Positions 17,172 to 28,102 are shown, numbered from the stretch's first letter. The stretch: DNA of 54,088 nt from Eubacteriales bacterium (GCA_045653805.1 JAZOMF010000075.1:67112-121199), one strand, 5' to 3'. The notes: a model not told the origin generated them from the sequence alone. Translations and numbers: made by a program.

Positions 17172-17726
17172 ATGAACTATAACACTAAAGAACTTGAAAC
17201 AAAAATGCAGAAATCCATCGCTTCTTACGAGTCTAACCTCGCTTCCATCCGTGCAAGCCAGGCTAATCCCGCAGTGCTCGCTCGCGTAACCTTTGACTAC
17301 TGGGGCTCTCCCGCAGAGATCACCGCAATGGCTAACGTAAGAGTTGCTGATGCAAAGACCCTTGAGATCATCCCCTACGATGCAAGCACCCTCAAGGCTA
17401 TGGAAAAGGCTATCCAGACCTCCGACATTGGTATAAACCCCTCTAACGACGGTAAGATCATCCGTCTTGTATTCCCCCAGCTTACCGAGGAGAGACGTAA
17501 AGAGCTGGCAAAGCAGGTGCAGAAGATGGGCGAGGAGGCTAAGGTTGCAGTAAGAAACCTCAGAAGAGCCGCTAACGACGATATCAAGAAGCAGAAGAAG
17601 GACGGCCTTCTTACCGAGGATGACGTTAAAAACGCGGAAAAGGCCGTTCAGGATCTCACCGACAAATATATCAAGAATATTGAAACCATTACAACCGCTA
17701 AGGAAAAGGACATCATGAAGGTTTGA
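17172..17726 (+). CDS. frr: Ribosome recycling factor
   Basis: GINPSNDG, PQLTEERRKEL, AKVAVRNLRR, KEKDIM. Confidence 0.97.
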   Translation: MNYNTKELETKMQKSIASYESNLASIRASQANPAVLARVTFDYWGSPAEITAMANVRVADAKTLEIIPYDASTLKAMEKAIQTSDIGINPSNDGKIIRLVFPQLTEERRKELAKQVQKMGEEAKVAVRNLRRAANDDIKKQKKDGLLTEDDVKNAEKAVQDLTDKYIKNIETITTAKEKDIMKV

Positions 17727-17740
17727 TCCTGCGGATCAGT

Positions 17741-17772
17741 ATTAAAGCGGAAGGGAATGCTTCCGCTTTAAT
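17741..17772 (+). terminator. Intra-cluster hairpin (partial terminator or stabiliser) between frr and uppS
   Basis: ATTAAAGCGGAAG/CTTCCGCTTTAAT 13-bp stem. Confidence 0.65.
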
Positions 17773-17816
17773 TGCAGTTTGATAAACTCTAAATTCGGAA
17801 TTTTGGACGGAGTATT

Positions 17817-18545
17817 ATGAGCAAAGAGATTTATAAGGTCGATGAAAGACTGAAGCATATAGCCTTCATTATGGACGGAAACGGCAGATGGGCGACCTCC
17901 AGAGGACTCCCCAGAGAGGAAGGACATAAGATAGGAGTTAAGTCTTTTATCAACGTAGTGGAATATTGCCGAAAGATAGGAATAGAATATATTACAGTCT
18001 ATGCTTTCTCTACCGAAAACTGGAAGCGGCCTAAAAAAGAGGTCGATGCCATTATGGCTCTCCTTGAGCAGTATCTCGACAACTTTTTCTCTGATGAGAA
18101 AGCAGAGGGAATTGGCAGAGTTAAGTTTATAGGAGATACCAGCGTTCTGAATTTCTCGCTGAAAGCAAAGATCAAGACTATCGAAAAGCTTACCGAACAC
18201 CGAAGCGGTGTTTTAAACGTAGCAGTCAACTACGGATCTCGCCTTGAAATCACAAACGCGGTCAATAAGCTCATTGCAGAAGGCAAGAAGGAAGTCACTC
18301 CCGATGATATAAACTCTGCACTTTATACAGGAAAATGTCCCGACCCCGACCTTATCGTAAGAACGGGAGGTGACCTTAGAATATCAAACTTCTTGCTTTG
18401 GCAAGCGGCATATTCGGAGCTTTATTTTGCAGATACTCTTTGGCCCGACTTTGGTCCGGAGGAGATCGACCGTGCCATTACCGAATTTTATTCCAGAAAA
18501 CGCCGCTTTGGCGGACTTGACAAAAACACCAATAAAAAGGACTAA
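17817..18545 (+). CDS. uppS: Undecaprenyl diphosphate synthase
   Basis: HIAFIMDGNGRWA, YAFSTENWKRP, PDLIVRTGG, RISNFLLWQ, RRFGG. Confidence 0.97.
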   Translation: MSKEIYKVDERLKHIAFIMDGNGRWATSRGLPREEGHKIGVKSFINVVEYCRKIGIEYITVYAFSTENWKRPKKEVDAIMALLEQYLDNFFSDEKAEGIGRVKFIGDTSVLNFSLKAKIKTIEKLTEHRSGVLNVAVNYGSRLEITNAVNKLIAEGKKEVTPDDINSALYTGKCPDPDLIVRTGGDLRISNFLLWQAAYSELYFADTLWPDFGPEEIDRAITEFYSRKRRFGGLDKNTNKKD

Positions 18546-18550
18546 ACGAC

Positions 18551-19426
18551 ATGCTTATAAGAATTATTACTGCTATAGTTGCACTTTGCGTATTTATTCC
18601 TATGGTGATATTCAGCCACACTTGGGTATCTGCCGCATTGATAGGCGTTTGCATCATAATTGCAGTTTTTGAATCAATACGTTGTATTGGACAAAAGAAA
18701 AACTTTTTCCTCACAATACCGCTCTGCGCAGCAAGTATGATAATGCCTCTGTACACCAGATATGCCACTCATACCGACAATCCCCAAAGTACATTTACCG
18801 TTGGTGCTATCGTTTGCATTCTTGTAACTCTATACGTTTTCTCGGTTGCGGTTTTCGCAAACAAGACGCTTAATATAGCAGATGCCGGACTGCTCATTGC
18901 AATGTTTATATTTGCAAATTCCGGTTTTACCGCTTTGATCTACATTAGAAATGCTGCTGCTAACGGACAATATCTTGTTTTCTTGCCCTTTATGGTGGCT
19001 TGGATAACTGACTCCTTTGCATACTTCACAGGTAGATTTTTTGGAAAGCACAAGCTTATCCCTGCGGTCAGTCCCAAGAAAACCATTGAGGGCGCGATCG
19101 GAGGAACGATTGGTGGTGCCATCACTGTTATTCTTTTCGCCTTTGTAGTTTCGACCTTCTTCAAGCCGGAAGGAGGAGAGGGTGTAATACAGGCTAACTA
19201 TTTAGCATTTGCAATATTTGGAATTTTTATTCCCATATTTGGACAGATAGGCGACCTTATGTTGTCTGTAATTAAGAGAAATTACGGCATCAAGGACTAC
19301 GGAAAATTCTTCCCCGGTCATGGAGGTATGCTTGACAGATTCGACTCTGCTCTGGCAAACTGCTTAATCCTCGCTATTGTTTGCACCTGCCCCTATTTTG
19401 ATCTTCTTCCCACAATTATAAGCTAA
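18551..19426 (+). CDS. cdsA: Phosphatidate cytidylyltransferase
   Basis: DSFAYFTG, VSPKKTIEG, GDL..S.IKR..GIKD.G..PGHGG.LDRFDS. Confidence 0.96.
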   Translation: MLIRIITAIVALCVFIPMVIFSHTWVSAALIGVCIIIAVFESIRCIGQKKNFFLTIPLCAASMIMPLYTRYATHTDNPQSTFTVGAIVCILVTLYVFSVAVFANKTLNIADAGLLIAMFIFANSGFTALIYIRNAAANGQYLVFLPFMVAWITDSFAYFTGRFFGKHKLIPAVSPKKTIEGAIGGTIGGAITVILFAFVVSTFFKPEGGEGVIQANYLAFAIFGIFIPIFGQIGDLMLSVIKRNYGIKDYGKFFPGHGGMLDRFDSALANCLILAIVCTCPYFDLLPTIIS

Positions 19427-19438
19427 GGATGAATACAA

Positions 19439-20638
19439 ATGAAAGATAACAAACCCTCAATGATCGTTCTCGGATCTACCGGTTCGGTCGGAGAGCAGGC
19501 TATCGACGTAGCAAAAAAGTTTAACGTAAAGGTAGATGCGCTTTCGGCACACAAAAACTCCAAGAGAGTAGAGGCGCAGGCTCGCTTATTTGGCGTCAAG
19601 GCCTGCGCTATGAGTGACGTCGATGCCGCAAATGACCTTAAAGAAAGACTTAAAGACACAAATATCAAGGTTTATGGCGGCACAGAAGGCATCTGCGAAA
19701 TGATTGCCGAAACCAATGGAGAAAGCGAGAGCGGTCAAGTAGTTGAAAACTCAATACTTGGCGAAGCAGGACTCAAGCCCACCCTGGCAACTCTTCACGC
19801 TAAAAAGAAGCTGGCACTTGCAAATAAGGAATCCCTCGTTGTAGGCGGCGAAATCGTAATGGATGCGGCACGCGAGAGCGGAAATGAAATACTTCCCGTT
19901 GACAGTGAGCATTGCGCAATATTCCAGTGCCTCCGCTCGGGTAAAAAGAGCGAGATAAAAAATTTAATACTTACCGCTTCTGGAGGGCCTTTCTTTGGCT
20001 ATAATAAAGAGCAGTTAAAGACTGCAACTCTTGATTCGGCTTTAGCACACCCCACCTGGTCTATGGGTGCAAAAATAACCGTTGACAGTGCAACGCTTAT
20101 GAATAAGGGCTTTGAGGTTATTGAGGCGGTGCACTTATTTGGCGTAAAACCCGAGCAGATCAAGGTAGTAGTGCATAGAGAAAGCATTATTCACTCTGCG
20201 GTTGAGTTTGTAGACAATAGTATTATCGCGCAGATGTCAGTACCCGATATGAGACACTGTGTTCAATACGCACTCACCCATCCCGAAAGAGGAGAAGCGA
20301 CAACAGAAGAGCTTGACCTTTTCTCGACAGGACAGCTCACGTTCAAAAAGCCTGATCCCGACACCTTTGTACTTCTCGCAAAGGCATTCGAGGCTATCGC
20401 GCTTGGCGGTGCAGTTCCTGCTACGCTCAACGCAGCAAACGAGGAGGCGGTTGCGGCATTCCTTGAAAAGAAGATCGGTTTTTACGATATTTTCGAAATC
20501 GTTTGCTCGGTAGTAGACTCCATGAACGAATGTAAAAATGCTCGAAAGCTTGATGATATACTTGCAGCCGCAAACCGCGCAAGAGTTCTTACACAGGAGA
20601 GAATCGCTCTCATAGATAATTTTTCACGGAGAATTTAA
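19439..20638 (+). CDS. dxr: 1-deoxy-D-xylulose-5-phosphate reductoisomerase
   Basis: LGSTGSVG, LANKESLV, PVDSEH, LTASGGPF, HPTWSMG, NAANE. Confidence 0.97.
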   Translation: MKDNKPSMIVLGSTGSVGEQAIDVAKKFNVKVDALSAHKNSKRVEAQARLFGVKACAMSDVDAANDLKERLKDTNIKVYGGTEGICEMIAETNGESESGQVVENSILGEAGLKPTLATLHAKKKLALANKESLVVGGEIVMDAARESGNEILPVDSEHCAIFQCLRSGKKSEIKNLILTASGGPFFGYNKEQLKTATLDSALAHPTWSMGAKITVDSATLMNKGFEVIEAVHLFGVKPEQIKVVVHRESIIHSAVEFVDNSIIAQMSVPDMRHCVQYALTHPERGEATTEELDLFSTGQLTFKKPDPDTFVLLAKAFEAIALGGAVPATLNAANEEAVAAFLEKKIGFYDIFEIVCSVVDSMNECKNARKLDDILAAANRARVLTQERIALIDNFSRRI

Positions 20639-21783
20639 TGGATATAGTTTGGTATTTATTGCTGACACTTTTGTTGCTCAGCATTATGGTAGTTATTCAC
20701 GAGCTTGGACACTTTTTATTTGCGAGACTATTCAATGTCACGGTTTATGAGTTTTCCATCGGCATGGGGCCCGCTATATTCACTACCGCCAAAAAGAAAA
20801 ATAAAACAAAGAACCAAAGCGAGATTGGAGATACATTTCATTCACCCGAGATAGACGAATCGGCAAAAAAGCTCAATGCAGAGAAACCCGACGAGGAAAA
20901 GCCCTCTAAAACGGTATTTAGCATCAGAGCCTTTCCCATTGGCGGATATGTACGAATGGCAGGCGAGGACGAAGCCTCTACTGATGTAAACGCCTTCTGC
21001 AATAAGGCAGTATGGAAAAGATTGATTATAACCGTTGCAGGCGCTACTATGAACATCATGCTTGGAATTCTTTGTATGTTCACCATGGTCGGTATCGACT
21101 GTGTGCAGGACGGATACCTCGCATCTAACGTGGTTGACACCTTCTTTGAGGAGGCAACCTCCAATGATAAGCTGATGGAAGGCGACCGTATCGTAAGAAT
21201 AGATGGCATTTACGTCCATACAGGCCAAGAGGTCGTTTACGAAATACTCAACAACGGCTATGAGCCTATCGACATTCTGGTTGTAAGAGATGGCGAGCGA
21301 GTACTTCTCGAGGACGTACAATTTCCGACAGAGGAAACCGCAGGTACCACCATAGGAAACAGAGATTTCTACGTTAAAAGGGAAGATGTTTCCTTTGTTT
21401 CGATAGTAAAGCACTCAATATTCAGATCATTCTCAACCGTTAAGGTAATAATCGATGGGATCAAGGATATGCTGACAGGTCGATATGGCGCAGAAGCGGT
21501 TTCAGGTCCCATCGGTATGGCAGGCGCCGTGGGTGATGCGGCAAGCATAGGATTCTATTCGCTGTTGCATCTTTTCACACTCATAACCATGAATCTCGGC
21601 GTATTCAATCTCTTGCCTCTGCCTGCGCTGGACGGAGGAAGAATAATCTTCCTTTTAATCGAAATGATCCGCAGAAAGCCCGTAAAACGAGAGGTAGAGG
21701 GAATGATCAACACCGTAGGACTCCTCGCTCTGCTCGGACTTATGCTTATCGTTACCCTCAAGGACATTATTAACCTTTTCTGA
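20638..21783 (+). CDS. rseP: Site-2 (RIP) metalloprotease RseP/RasP
   Basis: HELGH, FSIGMGP, PIGGYV, PDZ domain, NLLPLPALDGG; TAATG coupling to dxr. Confidence 0.95.
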   Translation: MDIVWYLLLTLLLLSIMVVIHELGHFLFARLFNVTVYEFSIGMGPAIFTTAKKKNKTKNQSEIGDTFHSPEIDESAKKLNAEKPDEEKPSKTVFSIRAFPIGGYVRMAGEDEASTDVNAFCNKAVWKRLIITVAGATMNIMLGILCMFTMVGIDCVQDGYLASNVVDTFFEEATSNDKLMEGDRIVRIDGIYVHTGQEVVYEILNNGYEPIDILVVRDGERVLLEDVQFPTEETAGTTIGNRDFYVKREDVSFVSIVKHSIFRSFSTVKVIIDGIKDMLTGRYGAEAVSGPIGMAGAVGDAASIGFYSLLHLFTLITMNLGVFNLLPLPALDGGRIIFLLIEMIRRKPVKREVEGMINTVGLLALLGLMLIVTLKDIINLF

Positions 21784-21803
21784 TATTAACAAGGAACAAA
21801 AAT

Positions 21804-22898
21804 ATGATCTACAATAAAATCAGACGTAAAACAAGAGAGATCACCGTTGGCGGTATCAAAATAGGCGGAGAAAATAAGATCGCCATTCAATCTATGACCA
21901 ACACCGACACCAAGGACGCATCTGATACTCTTGAACAGATAAAAAGACTTGCGAGCGCAGGTTGTGACGTGGTAAGAATTACCGTTCCCGACGAGGAGGC
22001 GGCTGAAACCGTCAGATTCATCAAAGAGTCGGGCATTCGCACTCCCATAGTGGCTGACATTCATTTCGACTACCGCGCAGCTCTCAAGTCTGCCGAATAT
22101 GGAGTTGATAAAATTCGCATCAACCCCGGAAACATCGGCGACGAGGAGAGAGTCAAGGCGGTAGTTGACGCCTGCAAGTCAAGAAATATTCCTATACGAA
22201 TCGGTGTTAACAGCGGATCGGTAGAAAAGCATATTCTTGCCAAGCACGGATCTCCCACTCCCGAGGCACTCTGCGAAAGTGCGCTCTATCACGCGTCTAT
22301 ACTTGAAAAATATGACTTTTACGACACCGCTATTTCAATAAAGTCCTCCGATGTGTCCACAATGATAGCCGCTAACCGTCTTGTTGCCGAGCGTTGCGAC
22401 TATCCCATACATATTGGCGTTACCGAGGCAGGAGATGAAAGACGAGGCACTATAAAGAGCGCTATCGGTATAGGCTCTCTGCTTTGCGACGGAATTGGTG
22501 ACACCCTGAGAGTTTCTCTCACCGCAGACCCCGTAAACGAGGTTGGAGCTGCAAAGGCTTTGCTTAACGCCTTGAATATCGAAGGGCAGTGCGGCATGAA
22601 TATAGTAAGCTGTCCCACCTGCGGAAGAACAAAGATCGATCTTATATCCTTGTCCGCTCATTTCTCGGAGGCGATTGCCGCAGAAAAGCTTGACGATCTG
22701 CCTATTACCGTGGCTCTCATGGGCTGTATTGTAAATGGACCCGGAGAAGCACACGAAGCCGACCTCGGCATCGCGGGAGGTCGCGGAGAGGCTCTGCTTT
22801 TCGCTCACGGACAACCCTTGGGTAAGATCAAGGAAAGCGAGATAATCCCCACACTCATTAAAGAAATCAAAAAAATCAAGGAAGAAAAATTTTCTTAA
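21804..22898 (+). CDS. ispG: HMBPP synthase
   Basis: IQSMTNT, VADIHF, RINPGN, GVTEAG, SCPTCGR, MGCIVNGPGEA. Confidence 0.97.
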   Translation: MIYNKIRRKTREITVGGIKIGGENKIAIQSMTNTDTKDASDTLEQIKRLASAGCDVVRITVPDEEAAETVRFIKESGIRTPIVADIHFDYRAALKSAEYGVDKIRINPGNIGDEERVKAVVDACKSRNIPIRIGVNSGSVEKHILAKHGSPTPEALCESALYHASILEKYDFYDTAISIKSSDVSTMIAANRLVAERCDYPIHIGVTEAGDERRGTIKSAIGIGSLLCDGIGDTLRVSLTADPVNEVGAAKALLNALNIEGQCGMNIVSCPTCGRTKIDLISLSAHFSEAIAAEKLDDLPITVALMGCIVNGPGEAHEADLGIAGGRGEALLFAHGQPLGKIKESEIIPTLIKEIKKIKEEKFS

Positions 22899-22900
22899 GT

Positions 22901-25900
22901 ATGGCAAAGACGTTTTTACAGATTTTTGAAAAATACAAAGCCGATGAGCTCGTCGAAGAAATTCTAAACCGCGCTCAAAATATTAAGATCCAGGCCGACA
23001 AAGCAAACCGCATTTTGCAGGTGTCGGCCGATTTTCCCATGCTTATCGACAAGGAAACCCTCTACCGAATCGAAACGGAAATAGCAAAGGCATATCAGCT
23101 CTCTTGGGTCAAGATAATGCCTCACTATCCCCGAGAGCTTTTCGATAGCAGTTACATTCCCGATCTGCTTAAGGAAACCGAAAAGATCGGAATTGTTGCA
23201 ATGGGATTTTTCAACAAATACAGATATAATCTTGAAAATAACACTTTAAATATAGAAATTCCATTTACCGAAAACGGCGTAAAATTGCTTTATGACGGAA
23301 GAACTCCGGGAGTTATGCAGGGAATTATTCTTTCTGAATTCGGAATCAACATCAAGGTAAATATCGTACATACTAACGATGAAATATTCCTCGCCAGCAA
23401 CAATTCTCTTGAAAAGTATCTGGAAGATTTCGACAAGAGAATGACAGCAGAGGCAAAGGCATATGATGCAAGAATGGCTCAAAGGCTGACCTCTACGCCT
23501 CCATCCGACGAGGAAGCAAATATGCTCCCCAGAAAGACCACTTTGTTCGACGAAAATGCGGTTGCAACCGTAGAAAACGGAATCTGCAAAATCGGTAACG
23601 GTACGTTTGACATCTCCGAGCCCGAATACGTTTACGGCGAGCCCTTTACCATCGAGCCTACACCCATTTCAGACATAAACAAGCCCCAGCGAAATATAGT
23701 TATCCTCGGAACGGTATTCGATTACACCCAGGAGCCCAGCCGCTCGGGAGACAAGATGAATATCTCCTTCGCAATCAGCGACGGCAACTCATCTGTTGAG
23801 GTCAAATGCTTTGCAACCCTTGAGGATGCCGAGGAGATATCCGCAAACGTTAAAAACGGCGCGGTTTTGGCTCTCAAAGGATATGCCAAGAAGGAACTAC
23901 GCAAGGATAGAACCGAGGGAACAGATTTCCAGTTTTATTTCAATAATATTGCAAAAATCAAGAAGCTCTTGAGAGTAGATAACGCTCCCGTCAAGCGCGT
24001 TGAGCTTCACCTGCACACCCAGATGTCCCACATGGATGCTCTTATTCCGCCCGACGTGGCCGTCAAGCAGGCAAAGGCTTGGGGACACCCCGCAGTTGCT
24101 ATTACCGACCACGGCACGGTGCAGGGCTATCAGGATGCGATGCTTGCCTCAGAAAAGCTAGGTCAGAAGGTCATCTACGGCGTCGAGGCTTACTTCGTAA
24201 ACGATACCGCAGGTGCGCTTTACGGCAGCTACAACGAGGATTTTGACGAGGAGACTATAGTTTTCGATATTGAGACTACGGGTCTTTCCGTAAAGAACTG
24301 CCGAATCACCGAGATCGGTGCTGTAAAGATTAATGGCGGCGAGGTTATCGACACCTTTAATACCTTCGTCAACCCCGAAATTCCGATTCCCGAGGAAATA
24401 GTAAATCTTACCGGCATTACCGACGAAATGGTTGCAGACGCGCCCAAGATCAAGGATGCTCTTGAAGCCTTCTTCGCATTTATCGGTGACCGTGAAAGCG
24501 AAAAGAAAAAGCTTCTCGTCGCACACAACGCAAGCTTTGATATGGGCTTTATCCGTTACGCGGCAGAGAAGTGCGGCATGGATTTCCCCAACCCCTACCT
24601 CGACACGGTCGCGCTTTCCAGATACATAAATCCCGACCTCAAAAAGCATAAGCTTGACATTTTGGCAGAGCACTACGGTCTTGGTGACTTTAACCACCAC
24701 AGAGCCTGCGATGACGCGGCTATGCTTGCGGCTATCTACGTAAAGATGACCGCATCTATGCGAGAGCAGGATATTAAGAGCTTTGAGCAGTTAAAGCGCG
24801 ATATGAGCGCAAATTCTAACCCCTTCAACCTCAAGCCCTACCATCAGATCATTCTTGTAAAGAACAAGATCGGTCTTAAAAACCTCTATAAGCTCATTTC
24901 CTTCGGATTTTTGAAGTATTATAAGCGACACCCGAGAATTCCCAAGACCGAACTTGAAAAGCACCGTGAGGGCCTTATAATCGGCTCTGCATGCGAGGCG
25001 GGCGAGCTTTTTACCGCAATTCTTGAAAACAGACCCGAAGCCGAGATCGAGGAGATAGTGAATTTCTACGATTATCTTGAAATCCAGCCCATTTCCAACA
25101 ACCGATTCCTTATAAGAGAGGAAAGAGCAAAGGACGAGGAGGATCTTCGCAATCTCAATCGCAGGATCGTTGAGCTGGGCGAAAAATACAACAAGCCTGT
25201 AGTTGCAACCTGTGACGCTCACTTCTTAAATGACGAGGACGAGCTTTACCGCAAAATTTTGCTTGCAGGTCAGAAATTTAAGGATTTCGATAGCGAATCT
25301 CACCTCTATTACCGCACCACCGAGGAAATGCTGGAGGAATTCTCATACCTCGGAAAAGAAAAGGCTTACGAGGTTGTTGTAAAGAACACAAATATGATAA
25401 ACGATATGATAGAGAGCGACATCCGTCCTTTCCCCAAGGGTACTTTTACCCCCGACATGGAGGGCGCGGAGGAAGACCTTACCAGAATTTGCTACGAGCG
25501 AGCAAAATCCATGTATGGCGACCCTCTCCCCGAAATAGTTGAGCAGAGACTTGATAAGGAGCTTACCTCTATCATCAAAAACGGCTTTGCGGTGCTTTAT
25601 ATGATCGCGCAGAAGTTGGTTTGGTACAGTGAGCAGAACGGCTTTCTGGTGGGCTCCCGTGGCTCGGTTGGATCGTCCTTCGTAGCATCAATGGCGGGAA
25701 TTTCCGGGGTTAACCCTCTGCCTCCTCACTATTGGTGCCCCAACTGTCAGTACAACGATTTTTCCAACCCGGATAAGGCTGGCTCGGGCTTTGACTTGCC
25801 CGACAGAAATTGTCCTAACTGCGGACAAAAGCTGAAAGCGGACGGTCATCACATACCTTTCGAAACCTTCCTTGGATTCTACGGAGATAAATCCCCCGAT

Positions 25901-27328
25901 ATTGACCTTAATTTTTCGGGAGAGGTTCAGGGTAAGGTGCATAAGTACACCGAGGAATTGTTTGGCGCGGAGAACGTGTTCCGTGCGGGAACTATCGGTA
26001 CTCTTGCCGATAAGACCGCCTACGGTTACGTTATGAAATTCCTTGAGGAAAAGGGAATCAGCCTCCCTCGTGCCGAGGTAAACCGAATAGTTTCCAACTG
26101 TGTTGGCGTTAAGCGCTCCACGGGTCAGCACCCCGGCGGTATCGTCGTTGTTCCCAAGCAGTATGAGATCTACGATTTCTGCCCCGTACAGCACCCCGCA
26201 GACGACCCCAACTCCGACATTGTAACAACCCACTTCACCTTCGAGTATCTCCACGATACGCTCTTGAAGCTTGACGAGCTTGGACACGATATGCCGACCA
26301 AATATAAGTACCTGGAAAAGTACTCGGGCAACACCAACGTTATGGACGTGCCTATGAACGATAAGTCGGTTTACGAGCTGTTCTTGTCCACCAAATCTCT
26401 CGGAGTTTCTCCCGACGATATAAACTGTAACATCGGAACATACGGTCTGCCCGAGTTTGGCACAAGATTCGTTATCAAGATGGTTGAGGAGGCAAAGCCT
26501 AAATCCTTCTCCGACCTTTTGCAGATCTCGGGACTTTCCCACGGCACCGACGTTTGGTCAGGTAACGCCCAAGACCTTATAAATCAAGGCGTGTGTAACA
26601 TTTCCAACGTTATCGGATGTCGAGACAACATCATGAACGACCTTATCGCCTACGGCGTTGAAAAATCCCACGCCTTTAAGATAATGGAATCGGTCAGAAA
26701 GGGCAAGGGTCTCACCCCCGAGTGGGAGGAGGAAATGGTTGCCGCAGGCGTTCCCGATTGGTATATCGGCTCTTGTAAGAAGATCAAGTACATGTTCCCC
26801 AAGGCGCATGCGGCGGCATACGTTATGTCGGCTATCCGTCTTGGCTGGTACAAGGTGCATATCCCCATCGCGTTCTATTGCGCTATGTTCACCGTTGCTC
26901 CCGGCGGCTTTGATGCCGAGATAGTTATGGGCGGCAGAAGCCGAGTTCAGGCAACCATCAAGGACATCGAGCAGAGAACGAGAGAAAAGAAAGAGGTCAC
27001 CCCCAAGGAGCAGGCAAGTATCCCCACACTCCAGCTTATAAACGAGGCTATGGCGAGAGGAATCAAGTTCCTTCCCATCAACATTATCAAGTCCGAGTCC
27101 TCGGCGTTTGTGCCCGAAAACGGCGCTATAAGAATGCCTTTCTCGGCTCTCAGCGGTCTTGGTGAAAACGCGGCGGCTAATATCGTTGCGGCGAGAGCGG
27201 AAGAACCCTTCTTCTCGGTAGAAGATCTCCAGATAAGAGCAAAGCTGACCAAATCGGTTATCGAAGTCCTTAGAAACAATAAGGTTCTTGAAGGTCTTGA
27301 CGAAACCGACCAGTTGAGCTTCTTCTAA
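22901..27328 (+). CDS. polC: DNA polymerase III alpha subunit, PolC type
   Basis: RVELHLHTQMS PHP domain, FDIETTG exonuclease, VGSRGSVGSS, PDIDLNFSG, IKYMFPKAHAAAY, C-terminal QLSFF clamp motif. Confidence 0.98.
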   Translation: MAKTFLQIFEKYKADELVEEILNRAQNIKIQADKANRILQVSADFPMLIDKETLYRIETEIAKAYQLSWVKIMPHYPRELFDSSYIPDLLKETEKIGIVAMGFFNKYRYNLENNTLNIEIPFTENGVKLLYDGRTPGVMQGIILSEFGINIKVNIVHTNDEIFLASNNSLEKYLEDFDKRMTAEAKAYDARMAQRLTSTPPSDEEANMLPRKTTLFDENAVATVENGICKIGNGTFDISEPEYVYGEPFTIEPTPISDINKPQRNIVILGTVFDYTQEPSRSGDKMNISFAISDGNSSVEVKCFATLEDAEEISANVKNGAVLALKGYAKKELRKDRTEGTDFQFYFNNIAKIKKLLRVDNAPVKRVELHLHTQMSHMDALIPPDVAVKQAKAWGHPAVAITDHGTVQGYQDAMLASEKLGQKVIYGVEAYFVNDTAGALYGSYNEDFDEETIVFDIETTGLSVKNCRITEIGAVKINGGEVIDTFNTFVNPEIPIPEEIVNLTGITDEMVADAPKIKDALEAFFAFIGDRESEKKKLLVAHNASFDMGFIRYAAEKCGMDFPNPYLDTVALSRYINPDLKKHKLDILAEHYGLGDFNHHRACDDAAMLAAIYVKMTASMREQDIKSFEQLKRDMSANSNPFNLKPYHQIILVKNKIGLKNLYKLISFGFLKYYKRHPRIPKTELEKHREGLIIGSACEAGELFTAILENRPEAEIEEIVNFYDYLEIQPISNNRFLIREERAKDEEDLRNLNRRIVELGEKYNKPVVATCDAHFLNDEDELYRKILLAGQKFKDFDSESHLYYRTTEEMLEEFSYLGKEKAYEVVVKNTNMINDMIESDIRPFPKGTFTPDMEGAEEDLTRICYERAKSMYGDPLPEIVEQRLDKELTSIIKNGFAVLYMIAQKLVWYSEQNGFLVGSRGSVGSSFVASMAGISGVNPLPPHYWCPNCQYNDFSNPDKAGSGFDLPDRNCPNCGQKLKADGHHIPFETFLGFYGDKSPDIDLNFSGEVQGKVHKYTEELFGAENVFRAGTIGTLADKTAYGYVMKFLEEKGISLPRAEVNRIVSNCVGVKRSTGQHPGGIVVVPKQYEIYDFCPVQHPADDPNSDIVTTHFTFEYLHDTLLKLDELGHDMPTKYKYLEKYSGNTNVMDVPMNDKSVYELFLSTKSLGVSPDDINCNIGTYGLPEFGTRFVIKMVEEAKPKSFSDLLQISGLSHGTDVWSGNAQDLINQGVCNISNVIGCRDNIMNDLIAYGVEKSHAFKIMESVRKGKGLTPEWEEEMVAAGVPDWYIGSCKKIKYMFPKAHAAAYVMSAIRLGWYKVHIPIAFYCAMFTVAPGGFDAEIVMGGRSRVQATIKDIEQRTREKKEVTPKEQASIPTLQLINEAMARGIKFLPINIIKSESSAFVPENGAIRMPFSALSGLGENAAANIVAARAEEPFFSVEDLQIRAKLTKSVIEVLRNNKVLEGLDETDQLSFF

Positions 27329-27333
27329 AGCAT

Positions 27334-27369
27334 AAAAAAGGAACAGATTTTTAAAATCTGTTCCTTTTT
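27334..27369. terminator. Bidirectional terminator between polC and LRR gene
   Basis: AAAAAGGAACAGATT/AATCTGTTCCTTTTT. Confidence 0.85.
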
Positions 27370-27383
27370 CATATTTATTTAAA

Positions 27384-28049
27384 TTAAGAAACTCGCACTT
27401 CGTATGCGATGCTTCTGCACTCGAAGAATGCCTGATTGTTGATGACGGTCTTTGCGGGAACGTCCATATCTACCAAGGACGAGCAGTAAGCAAAGGCGCA
27501 TTCGTCGATGTATTCAAGCTTTGAAGGAAGCTCAACGCGGCGAAGGCTCTCGCAAGCGTAGAAGGTACTGTTTTCAATAATCTTGAGGCTACGGGAAAGA
27601 GAAGCGGTGCAAAGATTTCTGCAGCCCTCAAAGGCAGCCGAGCAAAGACGGCTCACGGTGTCGGGAAGATCGACGTTTGAAAGAGCGGGGCAGTATGCAA
27701 ACGCCTTTTCGCCAATCTCCTCAAGGGCGTTACCGAGGTCAACCCAAGAAAGCTTGTCGCAACCCATGAAGGCGCGTGTGCCTATCTCGTGAGTGCTTGT
27801 CAGCTTAACATAGGTCAGCTCGCGGCACCAAGCAAATGCCTGCGCCTCAATAAATCTGACCGAGGCGGGAAGAGTTACGCTCTTTATCTGTGTAGAGCGA
27901 GCAAAAGCCTTTTCCGCAACGCCTACTACGGGGTAACCCTCAACCGCAGAGGGCACGACGATATGCTCGTCGGTGCAGTTGCCGATGCTGCGCAAAATAG
28001 CCACGCCGCTTTTCGAAACCGCATATTCAAGACCACGTGAAACTCTCAT
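27384..28049 (-). CDS. BspA/TpLRR-type leucine-rich repeat protein
   Basis: About 23-aa repeats of type L..V.LP..L..IG..AF..C; ATG 28049 behind AAAGGAG. Confidence 0.85.
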   Translation of the reverse strand: MRVSRGLEYAVSKSGVAILRSIGNCTDEHIVVPSAVEGYPVVGVAEKAFARSTQIKSVTLPASVRFIEAQAFAWCRELTYVKLTSTHEIGTRAFMGCDKLSWVDLGNALEEIGEKAFAYCPALSNVDLPDTVSRLCSAAFEGCRNLCTASLSRSLKIIENSTFYACESLRRVELPSKLEYIDECAFAYCSSLVDMDVPAKTVINNQAFFECRSIAYEVRVS

Positions 28050-28102
28050 CGGTGTGACTCCTTTCTGCAAAATCGACCTCTGTCGTAGTGAAATATACAT
28101 CT

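Noticed and set aside
22901-27328. Possible intein or insertion in polC
   Set aside because: Length of 1475 aa and motif order are normal for PolC; no intein signature seen
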